This document shows positions 41,801 to 56,800 of a stretch of DNA of 64,000 nucleotides, in pieces. How positions within the stretch are numbered: the stretch's first letter is position 1; the number at the start of each line of letters is the position of its first letter. The position numbers and the translations under genes were made by a program. Source of the stretch: Ascidiella aspersa. Lineage: Eukaryota. The DNA lies in the NCBI GenBank assembly GCA_963924565.1, contig OZ004615.1:7502001-7566000 (forward strand), read 5' to 3'. A model generated the notes under the pieces. The model made no database searches. It saw only the letters and a list, made by a program, of their open reading frames with translations, and had not been told where the DNA came from.

Positions 41801-44800
41801 TATGCATTTTTTTATAATGCCGCATACCACATTAGTGCTACGATTTAAAATTTAAAAGTATAGTTTGAGTAATAAACGCAACAGAATTCCGTCAAGAAAA
41901 CAGTAATTTTTGTCGCCTAAACTCTTATATTTAATCTTTTTAAGACTTTAATAAAATTCATCACGTTTAACCGCAATATTTTTACTTCGCAGAAGTGCCA
42001 GGCTTTGAACTGCCCGAATGCCATCGCCACATCACGGTAATCGAGCCCGAAGCGATCAGGATCACGGTCCCGATCTCGGGTCTGCCGGCGCCCGCCGTCG
42101 CCTGGGTTCGAACCCGCGACGGTCGGATCTTGAGCGACGGCGGCGACGAGCGCGCCAAGGCCGACAGCGGCGCCACCTACGCCAGTCTGGCCATTGCCAA
42201 GAGCCAGCGTCAGCTGGACACCGGTGACTACCAGATGATCTTGCAGAACGACCAGGGAAAAATCGAGTGTACTCTCAGCGTCGTTGTATACGGTAAAAAT
42301 GTGTTCATTGTATTTAATGTTAATGGCTTAATAAACAGTGTCAGCAAAAATGTAAGAAAACGCTAGGTTATTAAGTCTTCTTGTACGCTTCGGCGCGTAG
42401 TTTTTCAGTTTGCTCTTATCAGTGACTAATTTTAATCCCGAGGACCGACATTCTGAATAATTTTACCTTAAATAGTCTACTTATGGTTTAGAATTATTTC
42501 CGAAATTTCCACTTAACCCTGTTCTTTTTCACAGGCTTAAGCCGCAGTTCAACGTCCACAGTCCCGCCTTAACCTAAGTTATCATTAATCACTTCACACA
42601 TTATTCACCCTAAATTATTTTATACGACTTTTTCTGTCTCATTGTCACGGCACACCCTTTTGCCTGATAAACTTATAAACCACCCGCTCACATATATACA
42701 CAACGAATGCAGGTAAACCGGGACCGATTGGCAATCTGACGATCGCCGAGGTTCGTAGCACCAGCTGCTACTTGTCCTGGGACGCACCTGGGGACGACGG
42801 TGGTGCTGAGATCACGACCTACCTGGTCGAACGCAACGAGGAGAACCGAAAGGCCTGGACAAAGGTTAGGGTCGTTTTCGGGACACCTCGAGAGCAAAGT
42901 TGCCGTGTTACTGCAGACTTACTAAAAAGCTTTTCTTGGTTCCTCTCTGCTCATATAAAAATAAATTCTTTAAATTTTGTCACAACCTCTGCTGAATTTG
43001 TGGCACACATTGCAACCCGCCCCATATGGCCTGGACAAAGGTTAGGGTCGTTTTCGAATGTTACGAGGGTAACAATTCCGCTACAACGGTGTCAAAAAAT
43101 GTTTTCTAAGTTGTTGTGTTTTCATTTTTTTGTTGTTTTCCACCTGACATAGTTTAAAACCTTTACCAGAATGCGTAATGTCCCTCGTGTTGTTATGAAA
43201 ATCGCAAGCTTTAAGTTTGTAATTGATGCGCAGCTTTACCCAAAAGCTATTAATGGTTCTTTTCTGCTCATATAAAATAGATCACTTTAAATTTTGCCAT
43301 AACCTTCTGACACAAAAAAGGACGGTCGTCGCTGACGCATATTTATATTTAGATGCCCGGCTCTTGCAACGCTTCCGAGTGCAGCGTTGCCGACATGAAG
43401 AACGGCAAGACCTACCGCTATCGGGTGTGCGCCATCAACCGTCACGGCAAGGGGCCGTTCGTGTCCCTGGCCGAGGACGTGCTGGCCGTTGACCCTCCTA
43501 CCGTACCCGACATGCCCAGGAACCTGACCTGCTCGAACGTGAAGAAGGACTCGTGCGCGCTGAGCTGGAGCATGCCCAAGTCGGACGGCGGCGAACCGAT
43601 TACAGGTAGAAGTCGTACGAATGGTTAGACAAACTGTGATTACCTTATAGCTGCATAAGCATTTTTAAACACAGCCAAATCGCGAAGGATAATGGTAACA
43701 CGCATTTTTTTGATATTTTAAAAACATCAGCTACTTTTACTAATCACTCGTAATTTTTTGCAGGATACATCATCGAAAAGCGGCCCGAAGGCGAAGAACA
43801 GGCTCGCTTCAAGGCCGACAACATTACTCCGCAACTCGAGTTGCGGTACACGGTCCGACAGCTGCCCACCGATACCAAGTGGTGCTTCAGGGTCAAGGCC
43901 ATCAACCTCCTGGGACCAGGAGAGCCATGCGACCCAACAGAGCCGATCCTCATTCAATCCGACGAAGGTGATAACCCTACAAATTTAAATAAATTTAGCC
44001 CCAATATATCTTAAATATTTTACCACAATTTAAAAAAATTTGTCTACAGCATACCACGTTTTAGAGTTTCAAAACTAAAACTTTATTTATTTATTTCAGC
44101 CGCTCCTACTGTCGAACTTGACCAGTCGGTCATCGACGGTGTTTCGGTCAAGGCCGGGTCGATGATCGAGATTCCGGCCAAGGTGGCCGGCCGACCGTTT
44201 CCGACCGCCCGGTGGAGCCGCGATGACGTCATCCTGCTTCCAGGGCAACGCGTGACCGTTGACCTGGTGGATGGAGTGTCGACTCTGAGAGTGCTGATGG
44301 TAAATCATACACATTAAATACATTTTATGATATTATTTCAACGAATATTTAAAAAATTGTGCGCGCTTTTGGCTCCTAATTAATCGCCCTTCGTTTTTTG
44401 TTTGTTTTTAGCCAAAACGAGACGATTCCGGCGATTACACAATCTTCGCCCAGAACCAGTTCGGCAAAGCTTCCATCAACTGCCACGTTCAGGTCATGGA
44501 CAAGCCGGGAAAGCCAGCGTCAGTCGGTAAGTAAAAAATCAAATTCCCCGTCACTGTGAGTCAACTAACCTAAAAGACATATTCTATATATTCTGGTTAT
44601 TGGACTAGACACGGCTATAACGTTACCCCCAATCTTTTCCAGATATTGAGGACATCACCAAGAACTCTTGCACCGTGGTCTGGACCCCGCCCACCGACGA
44701 CGGCGGCACCGGCGTGACCCGGTACACTGTGGAACGGCGGGAAACCACCCGGCACGTATGGACCAAGCTGAGCGGCACCGTTAAGCCCGACTCGCTGCGA

Positions 44801-47800
44801 TTCGAGTCGACCAAGATGATAGAAGGGCGAGAGTACGAGTTCCAGGTATATGTCGTAGGAAACGGATTTAGTTATCGTTATGTACAATATTTTATATTGT
44901 CTGTGTTTAAACTGATTTTCATAGCAAACTTTTTTATTAAACTTTATAAAAATGACTTGAATTTGCGTGTTTTTTTTAACTTTAAAGCATATTTCAGTAA
45001 CGTAAAATTCCCTTGTAATTTTTAGGTCACCGCCGAAAACCAAATCGGCGTTGGCGAACCGCAGTGCAGCGCCCCGATCGTGGCCAAGTACCCCTTCGGG
45101 CCGCCGCCGGCGCCGAACGCGCCCGAGTGTTGCAACGTCATCCGTGACGCAATGACCGTGACGTGGCGTGCGCCGTTGTCGGACGGGAGCGGGCCGGTGA
45201 CCGGCTACTACCTGGAAATGAACGTAAAGGGTAACAACAACTGGATGCGAGTGCAAAAGAAGGCGCTGGATGCTGACGAGCTCACATACAGGATGACTGG
45301 ACTGACAAAGGACAAGGTCTACGCTTTTAGGTAAGGAAGCGCAAACCTATGGATTTTTGTGGCTTTGAAACAGATTTATAACCTATCGGTTTGCCTTGCA
45401 GGGTTTCTGCTGAAAACGTGGCCGGATGCGGGCCTGCCAGTGAGCCGAGCGAAGGAACTAGGGCCAGGGACCCGGTCAAGCCGCCAAGCAAGCCTGGAAA
45501 ACCAAATGTCATGGAGGTAAAAAACAATCCTCAAACAAAACCAACCCACCAAAATCACTACCCTTTATTGATCAAGCATTCACCCAAAATATGACAGCAC
45601 CGTTTGTTCGGCTTTCCGTTCAGCTTAACAAGCCGTGATAATGTTTTCTCAGATCACCAAGTGCACTTGCCGCCTGCGTTGGCGCGCCCCGGAGATGGAC
45701 GGGGGAAGTCCCGTGACGCATTACGTCATCCAGCTGCGCAAGCGCGAAGTGGAGACGGAGAGCTGGGAAGAGGACTTCGTGCCCTGGGAGTTGAACGTTC
45801 CCGACGTTGAGTTCGTGGTGGTCGATCTCGTGCCCAACAAGTTCGAGTACATGTTCAGGTAAAACTGACTGTTTGTATTTTTAGGGTAAAATAATGCGAG
45901 GTTAATCCCAATATTCTATGCCTGTTTACGCTGGGTCCATTTGTTATTTAAAAAGCTATTTTTAAAATCGAGGTATTACATCAATGAAAATTCACGCTAT
46001 AAACTTTAATGTTCAATTACTTGTTTTATATTTAATTACGCAGTTTTTTTTTACCCAAAATACCAAATTTTAGTCGAAAATGTCTCATTTACTGCAGCTT
46101 TATTGCGTCACAACATCGCGCCTTGTAATACCAATCAAAACATCCGAGGCTAAAACCTCACTCAAAAGGGCTCCTTTGCATCTTTCAAACTCTTGCGTTT
46201 TCAAAAAATGCAGGATCGTGGCGGTGAACGAGGCCGGCCAATCAGAGCCCGGCGACGAGTCGGAAGCGGTCGTCTGCAAGCCAATCGTGAAGCCGCCCAG
46301 CGCACCACGTGACCTCAAGTCGGCGGGAACGACCAAGGGCAGCATCACGCTTCAGTGGGTACGACCTGATGACGATGGCGGCAGCAAGATTCTGGGTTAC
46401 CAGATCGAGAAACGCGAGCTGCGCCGACAGACCTGGCAGCTGGTGTCCAAGGTTGGTGTTCGTTTGGTTCTTTTGGTTGTTGTTCGAAAGTTGTTGGTGT
46501 TTTAATAGGATAATTGAATCCGATGTACCTTTCGGCCTTTCGTTGCACCCTGAAACAAACAACTGTACTTTTCTATGTAAACTTTGCCCTACTTAGGTCT
46601 TGAATGATGTTGTTGCGTTTTGTACTTTTGCCGTCCATTTGACTGCTTTTGGTGGAGCATAAATTGTATAGTGATTCCCAAAAATGGCAACTTAAACCTG
46701 CTGTTATTTCAAATGACAATTAGCCCAGTTTTTAAAACTAGACTTGCACTGATCTCAAACCCCAACCTGTACACACACTGACGCAGGAAATCCAAACCGA
46801 GAGTTTCGTGGCCGAAGACTTGAAGGAAGGCGGCTCTTACGAGTTCCGTGTGGCAGCCTTTAGCGAAGTAGGCCTCAGTGGCTGGAGCCAGTCGAGCCCA
46901 ATCGCTGCCGTGAGCATGTTCAACGTCCCCGACGCGCCTCGAGCGCTTAAGATCGACGAGATCAGCCGCCGACATGTGAAACTTGTTTGGCGTGAACCGG
47001 TCTTCGACGGAGGCGCCGCGATCAGTGGTTACGTCATCGAAAAGCGCGAGAAGAACGGACAGCGCTGGGCCGGTGTGGCAAACGCCGAAGCCGACGCGCG
47101 CGAACTGAACGTGAGTAAATTCCGTCAGCTCAAGCCCTTTGGTGCAATTTTCCTGATTTTTATTTAAATTTTTAATAAGCAACTTCTTTGTGGTAAACGC
47201 CTAGAAATATTTTTTTAGATTTCGGCTGTAAAGGAAAACACCGAATGCCAGTTCCGCGTCAGCGCCGAAAACGAAGCCGGCGTGGGCAAGTGGAGCGACC
47301 CAACTGAAATGGTCACCATCAAGGACCCCAAACGTAAGAAAAAATGACGAAATATATCCAAAATATTTTGTAAAATTCTGATGGTAATTAATTCTCAAAA
47401 CTTACCGAGTACCACATTATGGTTTCAAAATGTTTTCCAGTTGAATTTCTTGAAATTCGGAAAAAATTGTAGTATGTAATGGCTATTAATACAATATAAA
47501 TATGTGTTTACAGGGCCACCAAGCCAGCCGCTTCACCTTAAAGCCATCATGACCTCGCCGACCGCCATTGTGCTGGGCTGGACATTGCCGGCTCTTAATG
47601 GCGGCGCGGACATTACCGGATACTACCTAGAACGCTGCTTGGAGGGCAGCGAGGATTGGACTCGATGCAACGCTACCCCGTTCAAGACCAGAGAAGGACA
47701 GGTAAAGTGTTTTAGTAGTATTATGAAAAATCAGATTTGTTTGGATTCTAAAGGTTCACGTTTCCAACTTTCCCAGGTCACTGGTTTGCGCGAGGAGCGA

Positions 47801-50800
47801 TCTTACATCTTCCGCTGTTTCGCAATCAATGAAGCTGGAATAAGCGAACCCAGCGTTCCAACCAAACCGATTGTCGCAAAGGAACCAGATTGTAAGTGCA
47901 CAACCTCAAACAACTAATATTTCGTGGTTTAACCGACCGTCAATAATCAAATCGTTGCCTTTTGCTGTACAGCGGCTCCCACAATGGAGATGGTCCGTGA
48001 CGAGATTATTCTCGTCTCCGGCGAGAAGCTGCGCGTCCGTGTTCCGATCACGGGTTCACCAAAACCGACCTTGGAATGGACAAAGGACGATAAGCCCGTC
48101 AAGGAATACGTCAAGGTAATTAAACATATACCGATAATTTTATAATCTTTCTACCGTTTCTAAACATTCTGTAGTTCGTCTCAATTATGATTCTTTAACC
48201 TATTTTATGACGTTTTTGTTTTAGTCTTCCTTCGAGGATAACTGCGTCACCATGTTTATCCCGGCCACTACACGCCAGGATAGCGGGAGATACACGCTGA
48301 CTCTGTCCAATAAGATGGAAACCATCACCGGATGGTGTCTTGTGCGCGTGCTCGGTAAGAATCAGACCAACTCTCATTACCAAGGATTCGCTATTCAGTG
48401 TATAATGCTGTCGTGTTTGTGTTGCAGACCACCCGGGACCACCGACCGACTTTGCTGTTTCCGACATTACGAAGTCGACTTGCCAACTAAACTGGTCTGA
48501 GCCACAGGACGACGGCGGTGCCGAGATTCTTTTCTACTCCGTCGACAGGTACAAAATATAAACTTTACGATAGCTTATATACAATTTTTGTTCATGCTGG
48601 TAAATTAAGGTTTAACATTTTCTTGTTATCGAGGATGACTAATCTGTCCGTATGATGATAATCAACGTTGCCTTTATTTAACAAGGGTTTTGGAACATCA
48701 ATTTTGATGAATTTGTTATGTCTTCTTTCCAGGCGCGAGTCCGGTCGTCGCACCTGGACCCCGGTGGTGGCTGAGGTCCGTAAGACCTCCTGGAAGGTTA
48801 CGGATCTCCTCCACCGCAACGAGTACAACTTCCGTGTGATCGCGCACAACAAGGTCGGAGCCGGAAAGTCGGCCGAGCTCGAGAAAGAGATCATGGCAGT
48901 TGATCCTCTGGCTCCTCCAGGCGCGCCGGAAGAGCTACAGTGGAGCGACGTCCGCTCCAAGTCGGTAATTCTCTCCTGGAAGAGGCCCTTAACTGATGGC
49001 GGATGCGTGATCACGAGCTACATCGTCGAAATGAAAGAGAAAGCGGCTGAGGATTGGAACGTGGTTATCAGAGACCACGAGTCAACTTCGGTTACTGTTC
49101 TCGGACAAACCGAAGGTAAGGAGTACTTGTACCGCGTTGCTGCTGTCAACCGCATCGGAGTAGGACAACGAGCCGAGACCGCCCAGTCAATCCAAGCCAA
49201 GGACCCGCTGGCTCCTCCAACTGTTGTGCTCGCCGAGCACCTTCAGCGAGGAATCGAGGTGCGCGCCGGCAAGCCACTCGTAATCGCCGCCGATTTTACC
49301 GGAGTCCCGCGTCCCACCATTAAATGGACGCAGCAGGACAAGGTGGACAGGCCAGTGACCGACAATAAGGAGCGCGAGATTGCTTTAATTACTGAAGATG
49401 GGAGCACAACGCTTAGCGTACCAGATGCGGCGCGAAAGGATAAGGGCAAGTACCTCATTGTTGCGGAAAACGACCAGGGCAAGGCCTCTTGTACAGCGGT
49501 TGTGAACGTGCTTGACGTGCCGGCCATCTGCAAGCCGCCGTGGTCGTTCGAAGACGGCACCAACGAAGCCATTACGCTGCGCTGGAAGGCACCTGAAGAC
49601 GACGGCGGCGCCGACATCATCAACTACGTGCTCGAGTTTAAAGAGTCAAACAAAAAGATGTGGACCAACATCTCGACCACTGTGCAGTCGACCAAGATGC
49701 GCGTCACCAAGCTGGTCGAAGGCAAGGAGTACGTGTTCCGCGTGTGCGCCGAGAACAAGATGGGCAAGGGCGCGTGGCTCGAAACGGCGCCCTACATCGC
49801 TAAGTTGCCGTTTGACGCGCCAGCAGCGCCCGAAAAGCCAGAGTACGTCGACGTGACGCGTAAGGCCATGACCCTGAAGTGGAACGAGCCGCAGGACGGA
49901 GGAAGCACCATCACCGGTTACTGGCTGGAAAAGAAGGACTCGCAGTCGACACGCTGGACCCGCGTGAACCGCGATCCGATCCGCACCTTGGAGTACCAAG
50001 TGGCAAGCGGTATTACCGAAGGCGCAACTTACCAGTTCCGCGTTTGCGCCGAGAACGAGGCCGGTTGTGGCAAGTTCAGCGCTGAGAGCGACTACCGAGT
50101 CTGTGAAGACCCGGTTACCGCGCCCTCGTCGCCGCGCAAGCCGCACGTGGAGGACACAACAAGCAGTTCCATCCTTCTTGTTTGGGATCGCCCGGAGGCC
50201 GATGGCGGCGACGCCAAGTTGAAGTACTTGGTCGAGCAGCGGCTTTCCGACGGCTCGTGGAGCGTCTGCAGCGACAAAGATCTGGAAGCGACCAGCTTTA
50301 CGGTCAAGAACCTTCAGGAGGGATTCATGTACTCCTTCCGCGTGTCGGCGCTTAACCGCGGCGGCACCAGCAAGCCGACCAACGTCCCAGAGGCGGCGGC
50401 CAGGGAAATGATCGACCTGCCGCAAGTCGAACTGGACGCAAGCGTCGCCGATGGCATCACTGTGATCGCAGGCAAAACCATTTCGCTTCCGGCCAAAGTG
50501 ACTGGACGTCCCTACCCGGAGGTGACCTGGACCAAACAGGGCGACGCTGTTTCCGAGCGATTCGCCATTTCCAAGACCGATCAGGGTTCGCTCGCGACGC
50601 TGAAGAAATGCGAGCGCGCCGACTGGGGCGAGTACAAGGTCACGGCCAAGAACTCGAGTGGCACGAAGAGCGCCACTTGCATGGTTGTGGTCCACGACGT
50701 CCCAGGAGCTCTAAAGGACCTCAAGACGGGAGCCGTAAGCCGCAGCTCGATTACACTGAGGTGGCACGCACCGGAGGACAACGGCGGTCTGCCCATCAAG

Positions 50801-53800
50801 AAGTACCACTTGGAGAAGCGTGATATGTCAATGCGAGCCTGGTTGAGCGTTGGCAGCACTGATAAATTTACATTAGACGTGACCAACGTGCTTGAGGGAA
50901 CCACTTACGCGTTCCGCATCTGCGCTGAGAACGCGATGGGCCGCGGCGCCTTCACCGAGTCGCTGGCCGTGCTTTGCCAAGAGCCAATCATGGCGCCAGG
51001 ACGCCCGGAGAACCTCCGCGTCGAAGAGCGTCGCGACACCGAAATCGCACTGCGCTGGTCGCCACCGCGATCCGACGGCGGCAGCAAGATTACCGGTTTC
51101 GTGATCGAGAGCCAGCTTGAAGGCCAGGAGGAATGGGCCCCGTGCAATCGGCGCCCGGTCACCGAGAACCGCTTTGTCGCCGACGGGCTGGAAACCGGCA
51201 AGAAGTACATTCTCCGCGTTCGTGCGATTAACAACGTCGGCGAAGGTCAGCCAGCCCTGACTGGACTTACACAGGCAAAGGAACCAGACGCGGCGCCACA
51301 AGTCAGTCTCAGCGTCGGCGTCAAGGGCAACTTGCAAGTGCGAGCTGGCGAGAGCGTCTACCTACCGGCTACCATTAGCGGGGTTCCAGCCCCCGAGGTT
51401 ACCTGGCTCAAGGGTGAAAGCCTTCAGGTTACGGAAAGCGACGCGCTCAAGTTGGTGCGCGAAGACAAGCAGCACGCGATCTTCATCGAGAAGTGCGCTC
51501 GCTCGGATGACGGTCAGTACGCAGTGACCGCGGTCAACTCGCTAGGCAGCGCAACAGGCCGTTGCACGGTCACTGTGCTGGACGTACCGTCCGCGCCACT
51601 CGACTTCAAGCCGTCTAAGGTGACTAAGGACAGCATGTTGCTCACTTGGCAAACGATGAGCGACAACGGCGGCGCCGATCTGATGAACTACGTGCTGGAG
51701 AAGCGCGAGGGCAAGAAAAAGGTCTGGGTGCCTATCAGCTCCACCATCATCGACACAAAGTACAGGATGACGAAACTCACTCCCGGCATGGAATACCAGT
51801 TCCGCGTTGCCGGCGAGAACAAGCTCGGAATCGGCGTGTTCGCTGAGACCGAGGTAATCGTCGCCAAGGACCCATTCGACCTGCCAGGACCTCCTTCGAA
51901 GCCCGCGGTTTCCGAAGTCCACAAAACCAGCGCCTTCGTATCCTGGCAACCACCACGCAACGATGGCGGTGCAGAAATCGAAGGATACTGGCTCGAGATG
52001 CGGGAATCCAACTCCGCCCGCTGGAAGAAGATGAGTCGCGCCCCGATCACCAAGCCTCCTCTGGTGGACTGCTCATTCCGAGCCCTCCAGCTTCAGGAGG
52101 GACTCGAGTATCGCTTTAGAGCTTGCGCGGTTAACAAGGCCGGGAGCGGACCCTTTAGCGAAGAGTCGGACGTCGTGGTGGCGGAGGACCCCATCTTCCC
52201 TCCAGGTGAGATTCCAACGCTCACTATTGCCGACATCACCGCCACATCGGTGACTCTGGCCTGGGAGGCTCCTCAGAGCAACGGAGGCAGCGACATCCTC
52301 GGCTACATCGTCGAGTATCAGGACCAGGTATCGTGCGAGTGGAAGAAACACGTGGTCGGCGACCAGGAGCTTGTTAAAGGCACCGGGGTCGAGATCCCGG
52401 AGCTAAAGACCGGGCTCAAGTACAAGTTCCGGGTCACTCCCGTCAACAAAGCTGGAAGTGGAAAGCCGTCGGTTGAAACCGATTTCACTGAAGTCAAGGA
52501 CCAAATTCGTAAGTGCAACCTTTATAAAGTCACTCGGTTTTCATTGCAATCCACCTTGTTTGATTAAATTAACATTCATTTATAAACACTTTAGTTGCGC
52601 CCGATATCACGCTTGACGTGGGCGTCCAGAACAGCTTGGAGGTGACAGCTGGTTCATCGATCAAGCTATTTGCAACCATCAAGGGTCGTCCTGTGCCTGA
52701 GGTAAGTTCACAAGCATGACTCTGCTTTCATCTTTAACTACATAACTGGACATATGCTTAGATTTTATCTGAAAAGCGCCAGATTAATATTCCATAGTTA
52801 CATCTGACGCTAAGTAAAAATGTCGAATATTTCTTATCCGTTATCCAAATTTATAGGCCTCATTAAAATTGTAAGCGCATCGTTTTCTCTATTATTACAA
52901 CCCTATGCTTAATAAACACTTAAAATTATTTCCAGACATCTTGGGAAAAGGACGACAAGCAGCCGCTGCCGACGAGCGCCGTGGTCAAATCGACCTCAAG
53001 CACTTCGGCCGTCACAATCCCCAAGTGCGGGCGTGAGGACAGCGGACGCTACTTCGTCGTGTGCAAAAACGCAGGCGGCACGCGTACCGCTTCCTGCAAG
53101 GTCCTAGTCAAGGATACACCAGGCGCGCCCGAGGCTCTTGCCGTGTCCAACGTTACCAAACGTTCGGCGAAACTCACCTGGAAGCCACCGACCAACAATG
53201 GAGGCTCGAAGATCCAGACCTACATCATCGAGAAGAGGAGAGGTGACGGTCGGGGATGGGTCAAGGTTGAGTCCTCCGTGTCCGCCACGCAATTTAACGT
53301 ATTGGATTTGCTGGAGGGTTTCGAGTACTTCTTCCGCGTCTGCGCAGTCAACGCCATCGGCCAGGGAGTGCACGCCGAAACCAGCGAGCCCGTTTTAGCC
53401 AGGGACCCCGTTTCGGTGCCCGAGCCCCCGTCGCATTTGCGCGTCACCGGGGTGACCGGCAGCAGCGTGACCCTGCGCTGGAACGAGCCCCAGCTTCTCG
53501 GGAATCTCCCGCTCAAGACCTACGTCATCGAGCGTCTGCAGCGCGAGAATTTGTCTGGCGATGTGGCGCTTGAGACGCAAGTGGTTGAAGAACAGGCGTC
53601 GGCACTTCTGGTGGCCGAACAGAAACGACCGGCCGTGAGAAGGCAAAGTTCCCTGCGCGGCGAATCATGGATCAGGTGCTTTAATTATATTATTGTACAA
53701 ATATAAAAGTAGAACTTCAATGAAAAAATTAAAAGGAGTATTTTTAACCAATTTACTAAAACTGATTTTCAACCAATTTACTCAATTGTTTGAAAATTAG

Positions 53801-56800
53801 ATGGCCAGTCGTTTAATCCCCATGTCTCGTTCATTTTGCAGTTGCAACCCGGAGAAGGTGACCGACACCGCTTTCACCGTGACCGACCTAGACTCTTCGG
53901 TTAAGCACACGTTCCGCGTGTTGGCCGAGAACGAGTGCGGAATGAGCCGGCCATCCAACCACGTTGGCCCCGTGCTTTGCAAGGACGACCTCGGTAAGCT
54001 TTGAGGCGGAAAACGGATTAATTTCCCTACTTTGTATCACTAAATGTGTTTTTAACGACATATTCTTCGTAGTCTATCCAACCATTGAGACGGTTGAGTT
54101 CAAGGAACTCGAAGAAGGCGCCGTGATTGATTTGTTCGCCAAGTTCAACGGAAAACCGATGCCGGAGATCAGCTGGAAAATGGAAGACGACGAAGACATT
54201 AAGACGTCGGATAGGTTCGTGTTCCTACAAATACTCTATGACGAGAAACTAAAACTAGGATAGTTTTTCAATTTTTTTGCTAATGAACATTCTTCAACAG
54301 GCTGAGCATCGACACCAAGGAAAACTCTACCAACTTGGTGGTGCAAAAGTCCATCCGCAAGGACACCGGCATGTACCGCGTCATCGCCAAGAACGCGGCC
54401 GGGCAGACGACCAAGAACATCAAAGTCAACATTCTAGGTAAACCAAATCTCTATACGACATACCACAAAAATGTTAATAGTCATCGAAAAGCAAATAGAC
54501 AGATTTCGACTTGCTATTTAACACTATTTTTCAACACAGGCAAGCCTTCGGCGCCTCAGAAGCCGCTTAGTTACAGCTCGGTTACTGCCAGCGAGATCAC
54601 TGTGTCCTGGTGTCCTCCGGAAGATGACGGCGGAAGCCGCATCACCTGCTACACCGTCGAGAGGCGTGAGGAAGATCGCGATTACTGGCATTCGGTTGCC
54701 GACTCAAAGGATCTCAGCGCCACTTCGACCGGACTCAAGAAGGGAAAACTTTACCGCTTCAGAGTCAAGTGAGTACTGATTGTAAAACTGAAATGCAAGA
54801 TTTTCTTTGAAACAAGTTGAGTCAAAAACTACAACTGAAGTTTACATTATATATGCAGCACCTATTATTTCGTACAAGATGCTTTTTCGAAGTGTGGTCA
54901 TAAACTATTGCCGATTTACAAATAGAGTTAGCACTACCAGGCAACATATCAATGAATATAAATCGCTCTTCTGGTGTAAACGAAGTATAAACTTTTGCCG
55001 ATTTACGTTGCATGCACTCTTTATCACAATCAATGACAGTTACTGCAAATGTAGCACACATATTGACAAACAACATGTAGCTTACGAAATCTATATCAGT
55101 TTTTAACACATTTTTTTAATATGTCTTTCCCTATGATAAAATTGAAATCGTTCTGCCTAGGGCCGTGAACAAGTTCGGATCAAGCGCCTGGACCGAGTCG
55201 GATGAAGCGTGCGAAGCCAAGAACGCGTACGAGTGCGCCGACGCGCCAAGCCAGCCGAGCGTGTCGGGCGTAACACGCGACGCCATGACGGTGATGTGGA
55301 ACGCGCCGAACAGCGACGGCGGCGCCGTAATCTCAAACTACGTGCTGGAGAAGCGCACTCGCACCAAGAAGAAGTGGAGCAAGGCGACTTCGGATGAAAT
55401 CGGAGGCACCCAGTACCGCGTTCGTGGCTTAAGAGAAGGCGAGGAGTACATGTTCCGGGTTTCGGCGGTCAACGCAGCCGGTCAGGGCGAGTTTTCGGTT
55501 CCCAGTGAACCGGTGCTGGCCAGCGTGCCCATCACCCCTCCCGGCCCGCCGTTCCCGAGCGTCCGCGACACCACTGCCTCCACCGCGAGCATCTCATGGG
55601 TGGCTCCGGACTGCGACGGAGGTTCCAAGATCAAGGGATACGTTGTAGAGCAGAAGGAAGAAGAAGCCGAAGAGTGGACCAAGGCGACCAGCCACGAGCT
55701 GCGATCGCTTGAGTTCGTTGTACCTAACTTGAAAACCGCGAAGAAGTACTGGTTCCGTGTCATCGCCGTCAACGCGGCTGGACAAGGTGAGCCAGGATGC
55801 GTTGCGGAACCTGTCGTAATCCAGGAGCGTGTTGAAGAACCCGAAATCGTTCTAGACGCTTCCATAAAGGAGCGCATTGTCCTAAAGGCCGGAGGTCTTC
55901 TGAAGATCCCGGTTTCCGTAAAGGGGCGACCAGCGCCTGAAATCACTTGGCAAAAGGACGGCGCCGAGTTACCAGAGGACGCTAGGCTCAGCGAATCCGC
56001 TTCGAGCCCGGTCCTTACCATCCGCGGCTGCCAGCGCAGCCATTCCGGAAAGTACTCGGTTATCGTGAAGAACCAAGCCGGCGAGAGACAGCTCAACGTC
56101 GAGGTAGTAGTCCAGGACGTGCCCGGAGTTTGTGGAGGACCGATAGTGCCTTCCAACGTTACCCGGGACACGATCGGATTCGCCTGGAGCCCACCGGAAG
56201 ACGATGGCGGCTGCGCGATCACCAACTACGTGCTGGAGAAGCGCGAGTCGTCCCGACGATCCTGGACCAAAGTGTCGATGACCGTTACTCGTACCTCGGC
56301 TGTTGTGCAAGACCTTGTCGACGGCGAGTCGTACATGTTCCGCGTCTCCGCTGAGAACTTGATCGGTGTAGGACCTCCGATTGAGACATCGGTGCCGATT
56401 AACGCACGCGATCCAGTTTCGGAGCCGAGCCGCCCGGAGGACCTGCGTGTCACTGACGTTACCAAAGCGACGGTGAGTCTCGCCTGGAAGGCGCCAACAT
56501 CCGACGGAGGACTCCCGATTACGGAGTACACCATCGAGAAGCGCCTGGTCGGCCAGGAGCGCCAGCTTCCCGCTACCGACAAGATGATTCGCGACACCAA
56601 AGTCACACTGGACGGCTTTAACGAGGGAGACAACTACGAGTTCCGCGTTTTCGCCAAGAACGAACGCGGAGTCAGCCTGCCTTCCTTCCCAACGAAGCCT
56701 GTCGTTTGTCGGGACACGATCGAGCCTCCATCACTTCAGCTCGAGGCCAGGGATAAGCTCACGACACGGGTCGGCGAGCCGTTCCGCGTTCTTGCAAAGA

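Noticed and set aside
49646-50695. 349-aa minus-strand ORF and many other antisense ORFs (e.g. 55482-56225, 59244-59840)
   Set aside because: Shadows of GC-rich titin codons; no recognisable domain
54783-55105. MITE with terminal inverted repeats
   Set aside because: The inverted match is short, gapped and AT-rich; no target-site duplication found
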